Assembly: GCF_036321535.1 (NCBI RefSeq)
Contig: NC_087445.1
Coordinates: forward strand, 67,642,001-67,706,000
From: Camelus dromedarius
Taxonomy: Eukaryota
DNA: 64,000 nucleotides
Direction of reading: 5' to 3'
A program made the translations under genes and the position numbers. Position 1 is the stretch's first letter; each line of letters starts with the position of its first letter. Positions 38,680-51,164 of the stretch are shown here, in pieces. The notes below the pieces were generated by a model that worked only from the letters and a program-made list of their open reading frames with translations, searched no databases and was not told the DNA's origin.

Positions 38680-39250
38680 CAGTGGAACGTGTGCTCTAAG
38701 GAGGCCAGGGCTGGCGATGTGGGAGTCTGCAAGGGCTTGACCTTGTCTGGGCCGTTCTGTGATGTACGGAGAGGCCAGCTCCGTGCTGTGGTTATTCCAG
38801 AGGCCAACGTGACCATGGTCACTCCTGCTTTCTGTGGCCTCAACGTCAACAACAAGGACACCTCCTCCTGGGACTCGTGGCTCAGCCCCTCGAGTCCCTT
38901 CACAGGTTACCTCTCAAGGGGAAGGCGAAAAATTGGGTAATTAGCTCAGGTAGGCTCCTTTGCTAATCAGAGCTCGGGGTTGTTTTCCCATCAGTATTAA
39001 CCTTGTTGGTGAATGGAGATCTTGCCCACTTCCCTGCTGCTCTAAAACAGGCATGAAACATTCAGAAGACGCTTAGGTCACGAGATCTTCTTGCTCCTTG
39101 GATACCGGTTTTTTGAACAGAAAGTGAAGGCTCAGGAAACAGCCTTGACCACAGGTGTCTGAGCTCACCAAGGACCCTCACAGGTCAGAGGAAGATGGGG
39201 AACCATCATTCGGCACTAGATGTGTGTGTTTCTGTAAAAATGTGTATCAC
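38680..39250 (+). promoter_or_regulatory. Putative promoter block of first OR1J-like gene
   Basis: Clearly homologous to 56245-56830 and more weakly to 46100-46700; homeodomain TAATTA at 38938-38943 and ctaatcag; followed by a degenerate TG tract. Confidence 0.45.
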
Positions 39251-41796
39251 GTGTGTGATTTTACATTTGTACAACCCAGTGTATTTAATGGGTAACTGAA
39301 TCACATACCAACTCTCTTCATGCAGGAAGGGCTAAGACAGATTATGGAGAGCTGGAAAAATCTTCTTGGTAGTGTGTGTGTGTGTGCACACGTGCATGTG
39401 TGTGCGTATAGGCACATGCTGTTTAGGTTTGTGTTTGTGTGCTGTGTTTGCATGGCTGTCTGCGTATCTTTGTGTATAAGATGTCCTTTTTTGCGTGGGT
39501 TGTGCTTTGTCTCAGTGACTAGGTGTAATGTTTACGTGTTGTGTTGTGTGTGTTTCATTTATCAGTTGTATGTAAATTTGTGTGAAATTATTACACAAAA
39601 GTGACTACATGTGTGTTTTTATGTATAAAACACTCACACTCTATTTTAACCTAGAACGAGTATAGAAGAGAGGGAACTAAAACCATGATAAGGCTGTGTG
39701 TGTGTGTGTGTGTGTGTGTGAGATAAATAGACTTTCAGCTAGTCTCCTCTTATATCGTATCTCCTCTGATTTCAGACAAAGATAGGTAGTTCCAAGTAAG
39801 GTCCTTGTCAACCCAACTTTTAAGCCATTTGTTCATGGATCTGAAGCCCCCCACAGTGCTCTGAGGCACTTTTCTTCATCAGCTTTCAACAACGCCATAT
39901 TTCTACTCTTGGGAACGTGGGAGTGGTTAAGTGACTCTGGGTCACACACATCCTGATTCACATCTCTTTTTCTGATACTTCATAGCTTTATGACCTTGGG
40001 CTTAACCTCTGCAAGGCTCAGAAGCCCGAGCTGTAAAATGTGATGTGATTTAACTCAGTATGTGGCATGTTATCAGCGTGCACTAAATGGATGCTAGCAC
40101 CACGATTATTTTTAAATGCACGAGAGCCTCAGCTTGCTCGTCATTTCTTGACTGTTCAAGGCAGAGTATTTTGTGCAGGGGAGACATCCCAAGAGCTCCT
40201 GTCAAGCTCCAACTGACAGCTTGCTTGCTTCCTTCCGGTGTCCAGCTACCTCTCACACAGGGGGTGGCTTGCATCGGCGTCCTGTTCCTCCTGAACCAGT
40301 CATTGCCTGTGACGCTGCTACCTGACACGCAACATCTGGACTCCCTCCAGAGAGGCTTGCGTTCCGAGGAGAAGTTGGATCCAGTAAATCCCAGTGGGCG
40401 GCCAAGTATCAGCAGAAGGTGTACGTCACTGCCTTCCTCCTGGTCCCCGCGGACTGCGTGCCTGAGCTCCTCTCTGTTCTTGAAGAGGCTCCTCAGTCAG
40501 ATGCCTCTGCCTTAGAGGGGTGGGGTCTCGCTGGGTCCCCTCTCTACATCTGATTTAACTCCCAGTGAAGGTGTTGCCAGGCCTCTAGTGCAAAGGCTAT
40601 CAGAAGTCTTCGTCTTACAATCAGGATCCAAAAACTACTACGTGTTCTCAACTATGTAACTTCATACCTATTTCCACAATATACTGTGAAAGAATTAACC
40701 ATTGGAACGTCTACTTCACAGGCACTCGGTAAATGTTTACTGATTAATGTAATTAAACGCACCTAAAAGTACTGTACAAATTGGAAAAAGGAGCGCCAGT
40801 AGGTGCTTGTACATTCTGGTTTGCCCAAGAAAGTCTTGGTGTAGACCTGCTATCCTGCTATAATTATTATATAACTTCTCCTTTCACTCTTAAAAGTATC
40901 CTGACTTGGATAATAACATGTAGGATCGTCATTTATCTCAGTATGAGTTGGTAGATAATCAAGCAGGTGGCTGGAGTAATTTTGAAATCTTGAAATAATC
41001 CCAAAACCAGACCCAGGATTTTCTGCCAAATAAATGAAAGTCAGGGCCAGTGAATGGCGAAGAGTAGGATCTCTGATCATACTGACGTATATAGAATTGT
41101 GACTGCATCAGGTATCACCTTTCTATCTTTGGACAAATTATGTAACCACCCTGAGATTTAGTTTCCTAAGGCTGAAACTGAACTTTATGAGTGCCTATGT
41201 CCTAGTTAGGCGCTCATTAAATAGCAACTATTTTCAATGCTAAGGTAAATTTTGAGAATTAGTCATAGTTAAGCAGGCGACTATAAATTTGACTAGATAT
41301 CCCACATTCTACATTATCAGCAAATTCTTAAGTCTTTGGGAAGTTCCCTGGGAAAATTCTCAAGTCTCTCACTGTATGTATATGTTATATTGGAGGAAGA
41401 GGGAAAAAAAGGAGAGAAAAAGGGAGAAAGGGAGGGAGAGGGAGATGAAGAATAAGAGGGCTGGGTGGAGTGAAGAAGAAAAAATGTCTCTGAGATCATT
41501 GCCAGCAGGGAATCAAATCCCAGGGTCCATGGTCTGGGCTTTTGCAGTTTCCCAGGGAGTGTTAAAGTCCAGGAGGTTAACAAATATTTCAGGCCAGCAA
41601 CTGGGTCTTGTCTAATGCCCATATCACTCTTCTGTTTTGTTGAGTTCCTGGAGTTTGATGCCAGATTTATCTGCTTACTACATCCTGCTATAGTAATAGC
41701 AAGCATTGTTGAGTACCTACTGTGTGCAGGGCACTGTCCTAAATGTATCACATGTATTCACTCCTTTAATCCTCAACGTTCCATTTTATAGAGGAG

Positions 41797-41945
41797 AGTG
41801 CCAAGCGCTAAGATGGCAGAGTAGAAGGACACATAGCTCCTGCCCTCCCATGAATACACCCAAAATTACATCTACAGACCCATCAATTTACACAGAACAC
41901 CTACTGAACTTTGGCAGAATATCTCTTACCTGGAAATGGAGGAGG
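41797..41945 (+). mobile_element. Isolated L1 5'-end fragment inside a MIR
   Basis: aagatggcagagtagaaggacac...cagaacacctactgaactttggcagaa interrupts the MIR core ccattttatagaggag|gaactgagg. Confidence 0.6.
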
Positions 41946-42409
41946 AACTGAGGTACATTGCAAAAGTGCCCAAGGCCACCCAGGTAGTAAATTGTTGAGG
42001 TTGGAATCCAATTTAAGCCTCTTGGCTAAGAAGCCCCAGCTCCTGGCTGGCACTCTGCAATGTACTCATAGAACGGAAACTCCAAGAGTCAGGGGGGTGG
42101 ATATTTTATTTTTTGTTCTATTCCTAGTGCCAAGAATAGCATCTGGAAGACCATTGAATAAGTGAAGACATTTACACTGGTCTCCTTTGAAGGAAAATCT
42201 TGTTTGCCATTGGAATTCTGATGCATTCAGTGACCAGAGTCGGGCAGACAGAAAATTCCAACAGCAAATGTGCAGTTTGTCTGAGTTTTGACACAGTCTC
42301 CAGGAAAGAAAAGCACATGGCTGTAATGAACACATGGTGATGATAACCACTATGTCTCAGTCTCTGATGTTTTCTACTCCCCGTATCCCCAGCAGAGATT
42401 AAGAAGAGC

Positions 42410-43351
42410 ATGAGGAGGGAGAACCGGAGCAGCGTGTCCGAGTTCCTCCTCCTGGGGCTCCCCATCCGGCCAGAGCAGCGGGGCGTGGTCTTCGCCCTGT
42501 TCCTGGGCGTGTACCTGACCACGGTGCTGGGGAACCTGCTCATCATCCTGCTCATCAGGCTGGACTCTCGCCTCCACACCCCCATGTACTTCTTCCTCAG
42601 CCACTTGGCCTTCTCTGACATCTCCCTCTCATCTATCACTGTCCCAAAGATGCTGGTGAACATGCTGACTCAGCAAAAATCCATCCCCTATGTGGGGTGC
42701 ATTTCCCAGATATATTTTTTCATACTTTTTGCTTGTCTTGACAATTTCCTTCTTGCAGTGATGGCCTATGACAGGTATGTGGCCATCTGTCAGCCACTTC
42801 TCTACACCACCGTCATGAGGGAGGGACTGTGTATCTTACTTGTGGCTGGATCTTGGTTCTTCTCGTGTGTCCATGCCCTGTTGCACACCCTCCTGCTGTC
42901 CTGCCTGTCTTTTTGTGCTGACAATACCATCCCCCACTTCTTCTGCGATCTCACTGCCCTCTTGAAGTTGACCTGCTCAGACACCTCCCTCAACGAGCTG
43001 GTTCTCTTCATCGAGGGTGGAATGATTGCCTTTCTTCCAATGAGTGCTATTTTGGGCTCTTATATCTGCATTGGGGCCACTATCCTGAGGGTCCCCTCCA
43101 TCAAGAGAATCTGCAAAGCCTTGTCCACCTGTGGCTCCCACCTCTTTGTGGTGTTTTTGTACTATGGGACTCTTGCAATGAGTTACTTCTTTCCTTCATC
43201 AAACAACTCCAAGGTCAAAGACATAATTGCTTCAGTTATGTACACCGTGGTGACACCCATGTTAAACCCCTTTACCTATAGCCTGAGGAACAGAGACATG
43301 AAACTGGCTCTGGGGATAATTTACAGGAATAGGATTTCTTTTGCCAAATAA
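42410..43351 (+). CDS. OR1J4: Olfactory receptor OR1J-like A (313 aa; OR1J4-like)
   Basis: [23 protein letters not shown]; [44 protein letters not shown]; intact. Symbol marks subfamily similarity only. Confidence 0.92.
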   Translation: MRRENRSSVSEFLLLGLPIRPEQRGVVFALFLGVYLTTVLGNLLIILLIRLDSRLHTPMYFFLSHLAFSDISLSSITVPKMLVNMLTQQKSIPYVGCISQIYFFILFACLDNFLLAVMAYDRYVAICQPLLYTTVMREGLCILLVAGSWFFSCVHALLHTLLLSCLSFCADNTIPHFFCDLTALLKLTCSDTSLNELVLFIEGGMIAFLPMSAILGSYICIGATILRVPSIKRICKALSTCGSHLFVVFLYYGTLAMSYFFPSSNNSKVKDIIASVMYTVVTPMLNPFTYSLRNRDMKLALGIIYRNRISFAK

Positions 43352-43511
43352 CAGTTGCCAGTTACGCTTTTAATTTTCCTAGTGATGCTTCTAGAGACAT
43401 CGTCTTGAAAAATTGTGTGATTGTGGCAGACTGCAAAAATGGCCACAATATTTGCAGCTCTTCCTTGTATGTTCCTGTCATATAGGCAATATATGTGAAA
43501 ATCATACCCCA

Positions 43512-44228
43512 GGTACAGCCACTATGGAAAACAGCCTGGAAATTCCTTACAAAACTAACAACAGAGTTACCATATGATCCAGCAATCCCAGTGCAGGTAT
43601 ATATCCAGAAAAGATGAAACCTCTAATTTGAAAAGATACATGCACCCCAATGTTCATAGCAGCACTATTTACAATAGCCAGGACAGGGAAGCAACCTAAA
43701 TGTCCATTGACAAATGACTGGGTAAATAAGTTGTGAGATATATATTTTTATAGATCGATAGATAGATAGGTAATGGAATACTACTTAGCCATAAAAAGAA
43801 TGAAACAATACCATTTGCCCCAACAGGGATGGACCTAGAGATTATCATACTAAGTGAAGTCAGACAGAGAAAGAAAATATCATATGGTATCACTTATATA
43901 TGGAATCTAAAAAATGATACACATGAACTTATTTACAAAAAAGAAACAGACTCACAGACATAGAAAAAAACTCTTTACCAGAGCAGAAAGTGGGGAGGGA
44001 GAAATTAGGAGTTTGGGATTAGCAGATACACACTACTATATATAAAATAGGTTAAAAAAAACAGGTCTTACTATATAGCACAGAGAACTATATTCGATCT
44101 CTTAACTATATGTTATAATGGAAAATAAATTGAAAAAGAATATATATATATACATATAAACGGAATCACTTTGCTGTACACTAGAAACTAACACAACATT
44201 GTAAATCAACTCTACTTCAATGAAAAAA
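43512..44228 (+). mobile_element. L1 3' fragment (ORF2 C-terminus and 3'UTR)
   Basis: gttaccatatgatccagcaatccca...gaagtcagacagagaaagaaaatatcatatg...cattgtaaatcaactctacttcaat. Confidence 0.85.
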
Positions 44229-44239
44229 ATATTGGGGGC

Positions 44240-44745
44240 ATTTTTAAGGCCAGTTGTTTGTTTTCTTAATGTTGAGTTTTAAGAGTTAAAAATTTTTTTT
44301 TTAAATTGAAGTACAGTCAGTTACATTGTGTCAGTTTCTCATGTACAGCACAATGTCCCAGTCATGAATATACATCAATATTCATTTTCATATTCTTTTT
44401 TATTAAATGTTATTACAAGATATTGAATATAGTTCCCTGTGCTATACAGAAGAAGCTTTTTTTCAATCTTTAAGAGTTCTTTGTATATTTTGGACAACTG
44501 TCCTTTATCAGATGTGTCTTTTGCAAATATTTTCTCCAGGTCTGTGGCTTGCCTTCTTACTCTCTTGACATTGTTATTCACAGGGCAGAAAATTTTAATT
44601 TTAATAAAGTCTGTCTTATCAACAATTTCTTTCATGATGGTGCCTTTGGTGTTGTATCTAAGTCATGGCCATAGTCAAGGTCATCTAGATTTTTCTCTCA
44701 TTTATATTTTAGAAATTTAAAGGTTTTTTGCTTTAAATTTAGGTC
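44240..44745 (-). mobile_element. Old L1MA fragment with nested young L1 3' piece (44290-44465)
   Basis: Nested piece has a T-tail and TSD tttaagagtt; host reads MKEIVDKTDFIKIKIFC...DKGQLSKIYKELLK on the minus strand. Confidence 0.8.
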
Positions 44746-45650
44746 TATGATGTATCCCTATGGACCTTTCCTGTTATGGGTACTTCCCATCCCTGCAACT
44801 TTACTGTGGGATTAGGAGCCTTGGTCGTTGGTTGTGGAGGGGTGCTTGCACAGAGAACATAGGAGTGGTTCCCTGATCTCAAAGTGTGATGGCTGCCTGG
44901 CAATTTTAGGTTCTTCATTCTGGAAGGCATGAGACAAAGAAAGGAGTTACTCTGAGTTCAGGAGTAATCGACCCTAATTATCTTGAAGAACTACAGGCGA
45001 TTTCCCTACCAGTAATAACATTAAACAGGCAATTGTAGCTCTGTCACATGATGCGTAAACAGAGCAGGATAAGCAAGAGTTCTGACGAATGAAGATCTGG
45101 GTCTCCATCAGGGAAGCAATCTTGACTGGTGGTAGTGTTGGAGGAGGATAAAGGAAGTCAATATGGATGGTAAAGGAAGGTAATGATAAATTTCAGTTAT
45201 AGCCTTGGGATCAGCTGTAGTGGCAAAGACTGTAGTTTGTTCCACTAACGCACCCTTTTAAATTCTGTTTATAGAGTGTATGACTGGCTCCCATCCTCCA
45301 GGCTCAGCGTGGGGTCACAGGTAGAGGTGGGTAGTACATGGTGTGGAATGTAGCTGATGCCCGCCCTGGAGCTCCTTGTCCCGCTTGGGTTATTGGAAGC
45401 GGCATTAGACAGTTTTCAGCAAGCTCACAGCGTCTTAGTGAAGTGCTTGCGTTTTTGCTCTGTCTGAGGGCTTTCTCTGGCACTGAGGGAGTCTGCAATC
45501 ATCCAGCCAATGAAGATGTCAGTTCACATATGTTGGACAAAGTGGGGATAAAAGTGGATAGCTTAGCTGACTGAAATGTGAATCACATAATTTTATCGTT
45601 ACTCTGTGGGGACAATTTAGTTCTTTCTTAGGGAGGGAGTAAGTTCTTAC
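44745..45650 (+). mobile_element. ERVL/MaLR internal 3' remnant plus LTR
   Basis: ggagtaatcgaccctaattatcttgaagaa encodes GVIDPNYLEE (ERVL dUTPase-like GVIDPDY motif); LTR-like sequence from ~45270. Confidence 0.6.
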
Positions 45651-46099
45651 CAAGATCAAGAGAATTCATTAATCAATAAATTCAATCGTTCACTCCATAT
45701 CAGTTCCATAACAATGTCAATGATTCTAGATGTAATTCTAGATGTAATATATATGTATATGTATGTATATATAATTGTTTATTTTTGGAAGATACAAAGA
45801 GAATGTGTCAAGAGCTGTTATTTATTTGCACTCATTGTGTGCTTTAGCGTGAATCGTCTCGTTTAATCTCAGTAATAACTTCGTGATGACGATGCAGTTG
45901 TTACCTGCACCTCACAGCTGATGAAACAGGGCTGAGAGGCTACTTAGTGTGCTGAGGGCCAACAGTTAATGAGCGGCATGGCCCAGGCCCAGTGCTTCTT
46001 CTGAGCATTGAGCCCAAGGACTCCACCTCCTCCCTCTACAAACGCTGAAGTCTCTCCCAAGGGAGAGAAGGTACCTGCAGGATGTGGAGTTAAAGCCAG

Positions 46100-46700
46100 A
46101 TTTGCGCTCTCGTGGTAGCAAGTGTAAGCGGTGTGGGGGTTTGCAGAAGCCAGACTTTCTGTTCCTGGACTGTAATGTGCTGATGGGAGAGGCTGACCCA
46201 GTGGGCTGGCAGCATTGGAGTTGTGGATGACTGAGCCATCCTCACTCCTGGAACTATGAGCAGGCGGAGAGGAGCCCAGGGTGGCCCTGAGTCTGGGGTA
46301 CCCTCTCAGGTGACTGTAGCAGCTCAGTCCCTCAGCCTCCGCACAGGCTCCTCCCCAAGGCATTGGAGGCAATTAGTCTACTTTGATTCTTTCCTTAACC
46401 AGGAGCTTAGGGACTTTTTATGTGTCCTCTCTGAGGCTTATAACATGGTATCCTGCCTGTGGCTCAGGCGCTCAAGGACAGTCACAGAAAGCTCAGGAGG
46501 TCACGGGCTCAGAGAGGGCTCTTCTTACTTTTTAGTTCATGGGGTTCTCAACAGAAGCTCAAGGCTCAGAAAACTGCTTGGATTAGAAGGTGCCTGAGCT
46601 CCCTGAGTGGCACAGGTCAGCGTGAGCTGGGAATTCTAGGTGGGCAAGACGTGTCTCTGCATCTAGAGGTCTGCGTATGCACTCCACGTGGGTCTGTGTG
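46100..46700 (+). promoter_or_regulatory. Putative promoter block of OR1J-like B
   Basis: ggcaattag...cttaaccaggagct aligns with ggcaattag...ctaatcaggagct at 56533-56571; followed by a TG tract. Confidence 0.4.
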
Positions 46701-46755
46701 GCGTTTCTTTGCTCCTATAATGTGGATATATGTATGTTTTCTTCATGGGTTTTGT

Positions 46756-46798
<43 letters not shown>

Positions 46799-48870
46799 AG
46801 TGTATTTGCTCTGTTTAATTTGCAGGTAATGTTTATGGGGTAGTTCCTGTGAGTGAATAGGGCCCAAGTGCCTCACTCACCGACCACCTCTACCTACGTT
46901 GGGTGTAGGTCAGTGGAGACTAGAACATCTCATTTTGCAATGAGGCCAGTATGGGTGTGACCATGTATGTCGTGTGTCACCTGAGTATGAAGAGGTGTGT
47001 CTGCACAATGGTATGTTTCCTGTATGATTTGTGTGTGATGTGTGTGATCTTGTGCCTTTAGTTGTTTCGTATGTGTGTTTGCATGTGTGAGTCTCTGTTC
47101 AGAGTCTAATGTTTATGCATCTGATGTGTGATCTGTATGTGCTGCTAGTTGTTTTATGTTTGTGTTGAGATTATACAAGTGTTTGTGCGTAGTTATGTGG
47201 ATTATTTTGTGTGTATCAGCTTGTGTATTATTTGTGAGTTTATCTTTATGAATCTTTGGGGAACTGAGCCATAAGCCATAGTCACTGTCTTAGAGATCAC
47301 AGATAGTAAGAATTCAAAAATCAGTCATTAAGTGTGCATGTGAATGTGTGTTTCAGGTACAGGTTTTAGGGGCTTCAGGTTTGCCCCTGTGAACCCAGAT
47401 ATTCCCTTAACTGTCTTTCTCTACAGGGGCCACATCACTGCATTGGGCAGGCAGGTTCACATACATTTCCACCAGCCATGTACTCGTGGATGTGAGCTCC
47501 AGGTCTGCACTCTGTCAGACTGGGGCCCAGTCCTCAGTCTGATCCTCAAATGTTTCCGTGATCTTAGGAAGTGACTTCAGTTCTCTGAGGTTCAGATTCC
47601 TCACTGGTACAGAAGAAATAACTATTCCTACTTCACAGTCCTATTTGGAGGATTAAATGAGGCAACACATACAAAGTATTCAGCACATAATTGGTGCTCA
47701 GTAAAAGGAATGTATTTTGTTATCTTGCTCCAAACCCCATGTTTATGTCATAGGGGCTCCTCTATCACCATTGTCTGGGATGGGACAGGCAGAAGCCTGA
47801 GACAACAGGCCCATCCAAAGGCTCCCTCTCATACTTCAAGGTCAAGATCAAACCTCTCCAGGGCTCATGGCCCAGCTGCCTCCTTCACCAGGCCCTACCT
47901 GAATCAGGGTTCCTAGTTGGCTCCAACCATCTTGTTTTCTGCTGGTTTCTCTGTGAGGACTCGCACAGTGTATGTCAGTGCACGGCCACGCCTCCACATA
48001 ATGGTCAAGTCTCTGTCCTCCTTGGTGGCCATGAACTGAGATAACCAGTGTCCCTGAGCAAGTTCATGGTCCCTGAGGGAGACTTGCTGTCCTGCACCTA
48101 TACTTGAGTGACGGTGTCAGTCTTGATTCCCTCTTCAGGGTTATGTCATTGGTAATCCTCACCTGCAACCTAACTTCCAAAGAAATACTAAATCTGGAAC
48201 CCACCACCAAAAAACTGGGTAACATTAGGTGAGTCATTTATCTCTTTACCCTCAGTTTTCACATCTATAAAATAAGGATATAATAGTCGCCTTGTGTATC
48301 AAACAATCCTTAAATATATAATTATTGCTTTGAGAGGAGTTAAAGTATGCAAAAGTTCTTTGTAAATTGTATGATGGACAAATAAATGTGAGCGGCAAAT
48401 TTTTCTTAGAGGGAGTTAAGAACATTTTTGACAAAGGTAGTGGACATAATACAGCTTCTCTGGATATTCTAACCAGCGAGGGTATAATTTCTATGCAGAG
48501 GAGTTTAAGACATGGATTTTGGTGAGGCAGACAAATGTTGTGATTCCATCTGCTACACTTAATTATATCTTTGCACATTTACATAATACACAATTTTGTT
48601 TTCTTATAGTCAAAATAAGTATAATAATCTCATTTTTAGAGCTTTAATGTGGATTTAATTTGAAAGTGCATGTTAAACACTTGGAATAATGCCTGGTACT
48701 ATTATTAATGTTGGTTTGGAAGCCTGGATTGGACACTTGATAACAGGGAATTTGACACAGCCAATTACACTGAAGTTCTGTGACAAAGCTTCAGTAATTC
48801 TTTCGCAGTGTAGGTAGTTTCACACCCGTTTTAAGAGGAAATGACTGATACATCTTACTTGGTACCCTTT

Positions 48871-49018
48871 AAAAAATATTTTTTGTGTTTTTTGTTTTAT
48901 GGGGGGAGGTAATTAGGTTTATTTATTATTATTATTTATTTAGTGGATATACTAGGGTTCAAACCCATGACCTCGAACATGCTAATCATGCGCTTTTCCA
49001 CTGAGCTATACCCTCCCC
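48871..49018 (-). mobile_element. Vic-1-type SINE in the intron ~400 nt upstream of OR1J-like B
   Basis: Antisense head; TSD tggtacccttt at 48860-48870 and 49021-49031. Confidence 0.9.
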
Positions 49019-49414
49019 ACTGGTACCCTTTTTCCATTTTGATCTCAGCAAATTATAGAGGTTTGAACCTGGCTTGTTATACAGATGTAAACTCCTTGAA
49101 CACAGAGACTTCTCATTTCTTGTTCACTACTATATACTCAGTATGGGACAGAGCTGTTTTGCAATAAATATTTGTTGAATAAAGAATAAATTTCCTTTGG
49201 TTTCTTTGGAAAAAGACTTGATTATCGTGAGGATTTGATCTATTGTTGGAGCCAGAATGGGGCAGACTGATTCATACAACAACAATTGTGAGAAATAAAG
49301 AGAAAAGTAGCTAAAATTAAGAATTTTCACACTAAAAAGGCCATTACTATAATGCTATGGCATGTTCACTGACATTTCCCACTTTCCCCAATTCCCACCA
49401 GAGACAAGAAGGGC

Positions 49415-50353
49415 ATGAGGAGGGGGAACCAGAGCAGCGTGTCCGAGTTTCTCCTCCTGGGGCTCCCCATCCGGCCACAGCAGCGGTGCGTGGTCTTCGC
49501 CCTGTTCCTGGGCGTGTACCTGACCACGGTGCTGGGGAACCTGCTCATCATCCTGCTCATCAGGCTGGACTCTCGCCTCCACACCCCCATGTACTTCTTC
49601 CTCAGCCACTTGGCCTTCACCGACGTCTCTTTTTCATCTGTCACCATCCCTAAGATGCTGATGGACATGCACACTGAGTACAAATTCATCCCCTATGCAG
49701 GGTGCATTTCACAGATATATTTTTTCATACTTTTTGGTTGTTTTGATAATTTCCTTCTTGCAGTGATGGCCTATGACAGGTATGTGGCCATCTGTCAGCC
49801 ACTTCACTACACCACCATCATGAGGGAGGAGCTGTGCATCTCCTTAGTAGCTGGGTCCTGGGTCTTCTGTTGTATCCATGCCCTGTTGCACACCCTCCTC
49901 TTGGTCCAACTGTCCTTCTGTGCTGACAATACCATCCCCCATTTCTTCTGTGACCTCACTGTGCTCCTCAAGTTGAGCTGCTCGGACATCTCCCTCAATG
50001 AGCTGGTCATCTTCACTGAGGGAGGAACGCTGTTCATCCTGCCTTTGAGTAGTATCTTAGCCTCATACATTCATATAGGGACTACCATCCTGAGGGTCCC
50101 CTCCACTAAGAGACTCTTTAAAGCTTTTTCCACCTGTGGCTCCCATCTCTTTGTGGTGTCTTTATACTATGGGACACTTGCTGGTGTTTACTTTTTCTCC
50201 TCATCATGGGACTCCAATAACAAAGACATGATTGCTTCAGTCATGTATACAGTAGTTACTCCCATGCTGAACCCTTTCATCTATAGCCTCAGGAACAGAG
50301 ATATAAAACAGGCCCTAGAAATAGTTGTCAATAGGGCTAACTTGTTGAAGTGA
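49415..50353 (+). CDS. OR1J4: Olfactory receptor OR1J-like B (312 aa)
   Basis: Intact; [46 protein letters not shown]. Symbol marks subfamily similarity only. Confidence 0.92.
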   Translation: MRRGNQSSVSEFLLLGLPIRPQQRCVVFALFLGVYLTTVLGNLLIILLIRLDSRLHTPMYFFLSHLAFTDVSFSSVTIPKMLMDMHTEYKFIPYAGCISQIYFFILFGCFDNFLLAVMAYDRYVAICQPLHYTTIMREELCISLVAGSWVFCCIHALLHTLLLVQLSFCADNTIPHFFCDLTVLLKLSCSDISLNELVIFTEGGTLFILPLSSILASYIHIGTTILRVPSTKRLFKAFSTCGSHLFVVSLYYGTLAGVYFFSSSWDSNNKDMIASVMYTVVTPMLNPFIYSLRNRDIKQALEIVVNRANLLK

Positions 50354-50723
50354 CAATGAGTAAATCCTCTTATTGCAGTCATGAGCGCAGTGAGCTAGAT
50401 CTCCTAAAATTATTGTATGGTTGGCAAATCTGAATGTGCGTTCTGCTGTCATGTGTAATGTTGTTAATGTCAATTAGGTCCAGTGTGTTACTTGGGTTGT
50501 TAAATATTCTTTTACCTTTAATTTTTTTCTGCTTGTTCATCATCTCATAAAATACGTAAAAAAATATTATGTGAGACATGTCACACAATTATAATTGTGG
50601 ATTTGTCTTTTTCTCCTTCAGATATGTCAGTTTTTGCTTAAATACTTGTTATACTATGTTATTTGAGAACACACATATTTAGCATCATGATCTGCTCCTG
50701 GTGGACTGATCCTTCTATGTAAG

Positions 50724-50915
50724 ATGTGCTGAAGCTGGCTTGCATTGGCTTCAAGCTGATTATGAACATCTCTTTCCAACTCCACATTCAATGACAACAT
50801 ATTGGTAGACTGAAATCAGCCAGAGAGGGGATAATTACACTATGGAAATTGGTCAATGCTACAAAGCAAAGCCCGCCAACAACAGCCACTTATTTATTTA
50901 ACAGCGCACCACTGC
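50724..50915 (+). mobile_element. hAT DNA transposon relic (MER63-like)
   Basis: gtgctgaagctggcttgca...tgaaatcagcc...ggaaattggtcaatgctacaaa...cagcgcaccactg. Confidence 0.6.
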
Positions 50916-51164
50916 ACTTCTAATTAGGAGACATTTCTCTTTAGCAATGGCTCCTATGGGTAACCATTCCTTTAGTTTATTAGTTGTTAGATTCTACTTC
51001 TTGTGTTTCTTTTATATATATTTCTTAGCTGCATCCTCTGAGAACATTCAGAAGCCTTGTAAGCAATGGACATACCTAACACTAAATTTGCTCTTTGAAT
51101 ATCATTCTCCTCTAAAAGGAACCGAAGTTACTTAGAAAAATGGCTGATTCTAGGGCTGGGGCAA

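Noticed and set aside
40087-40560. GC-richer coding-looking stretch (142-aa ORF)
   Set aside because: No recognisable protein family in any frame; no poly(A) or TSD. Probably an ancient repeat or UTR exon.
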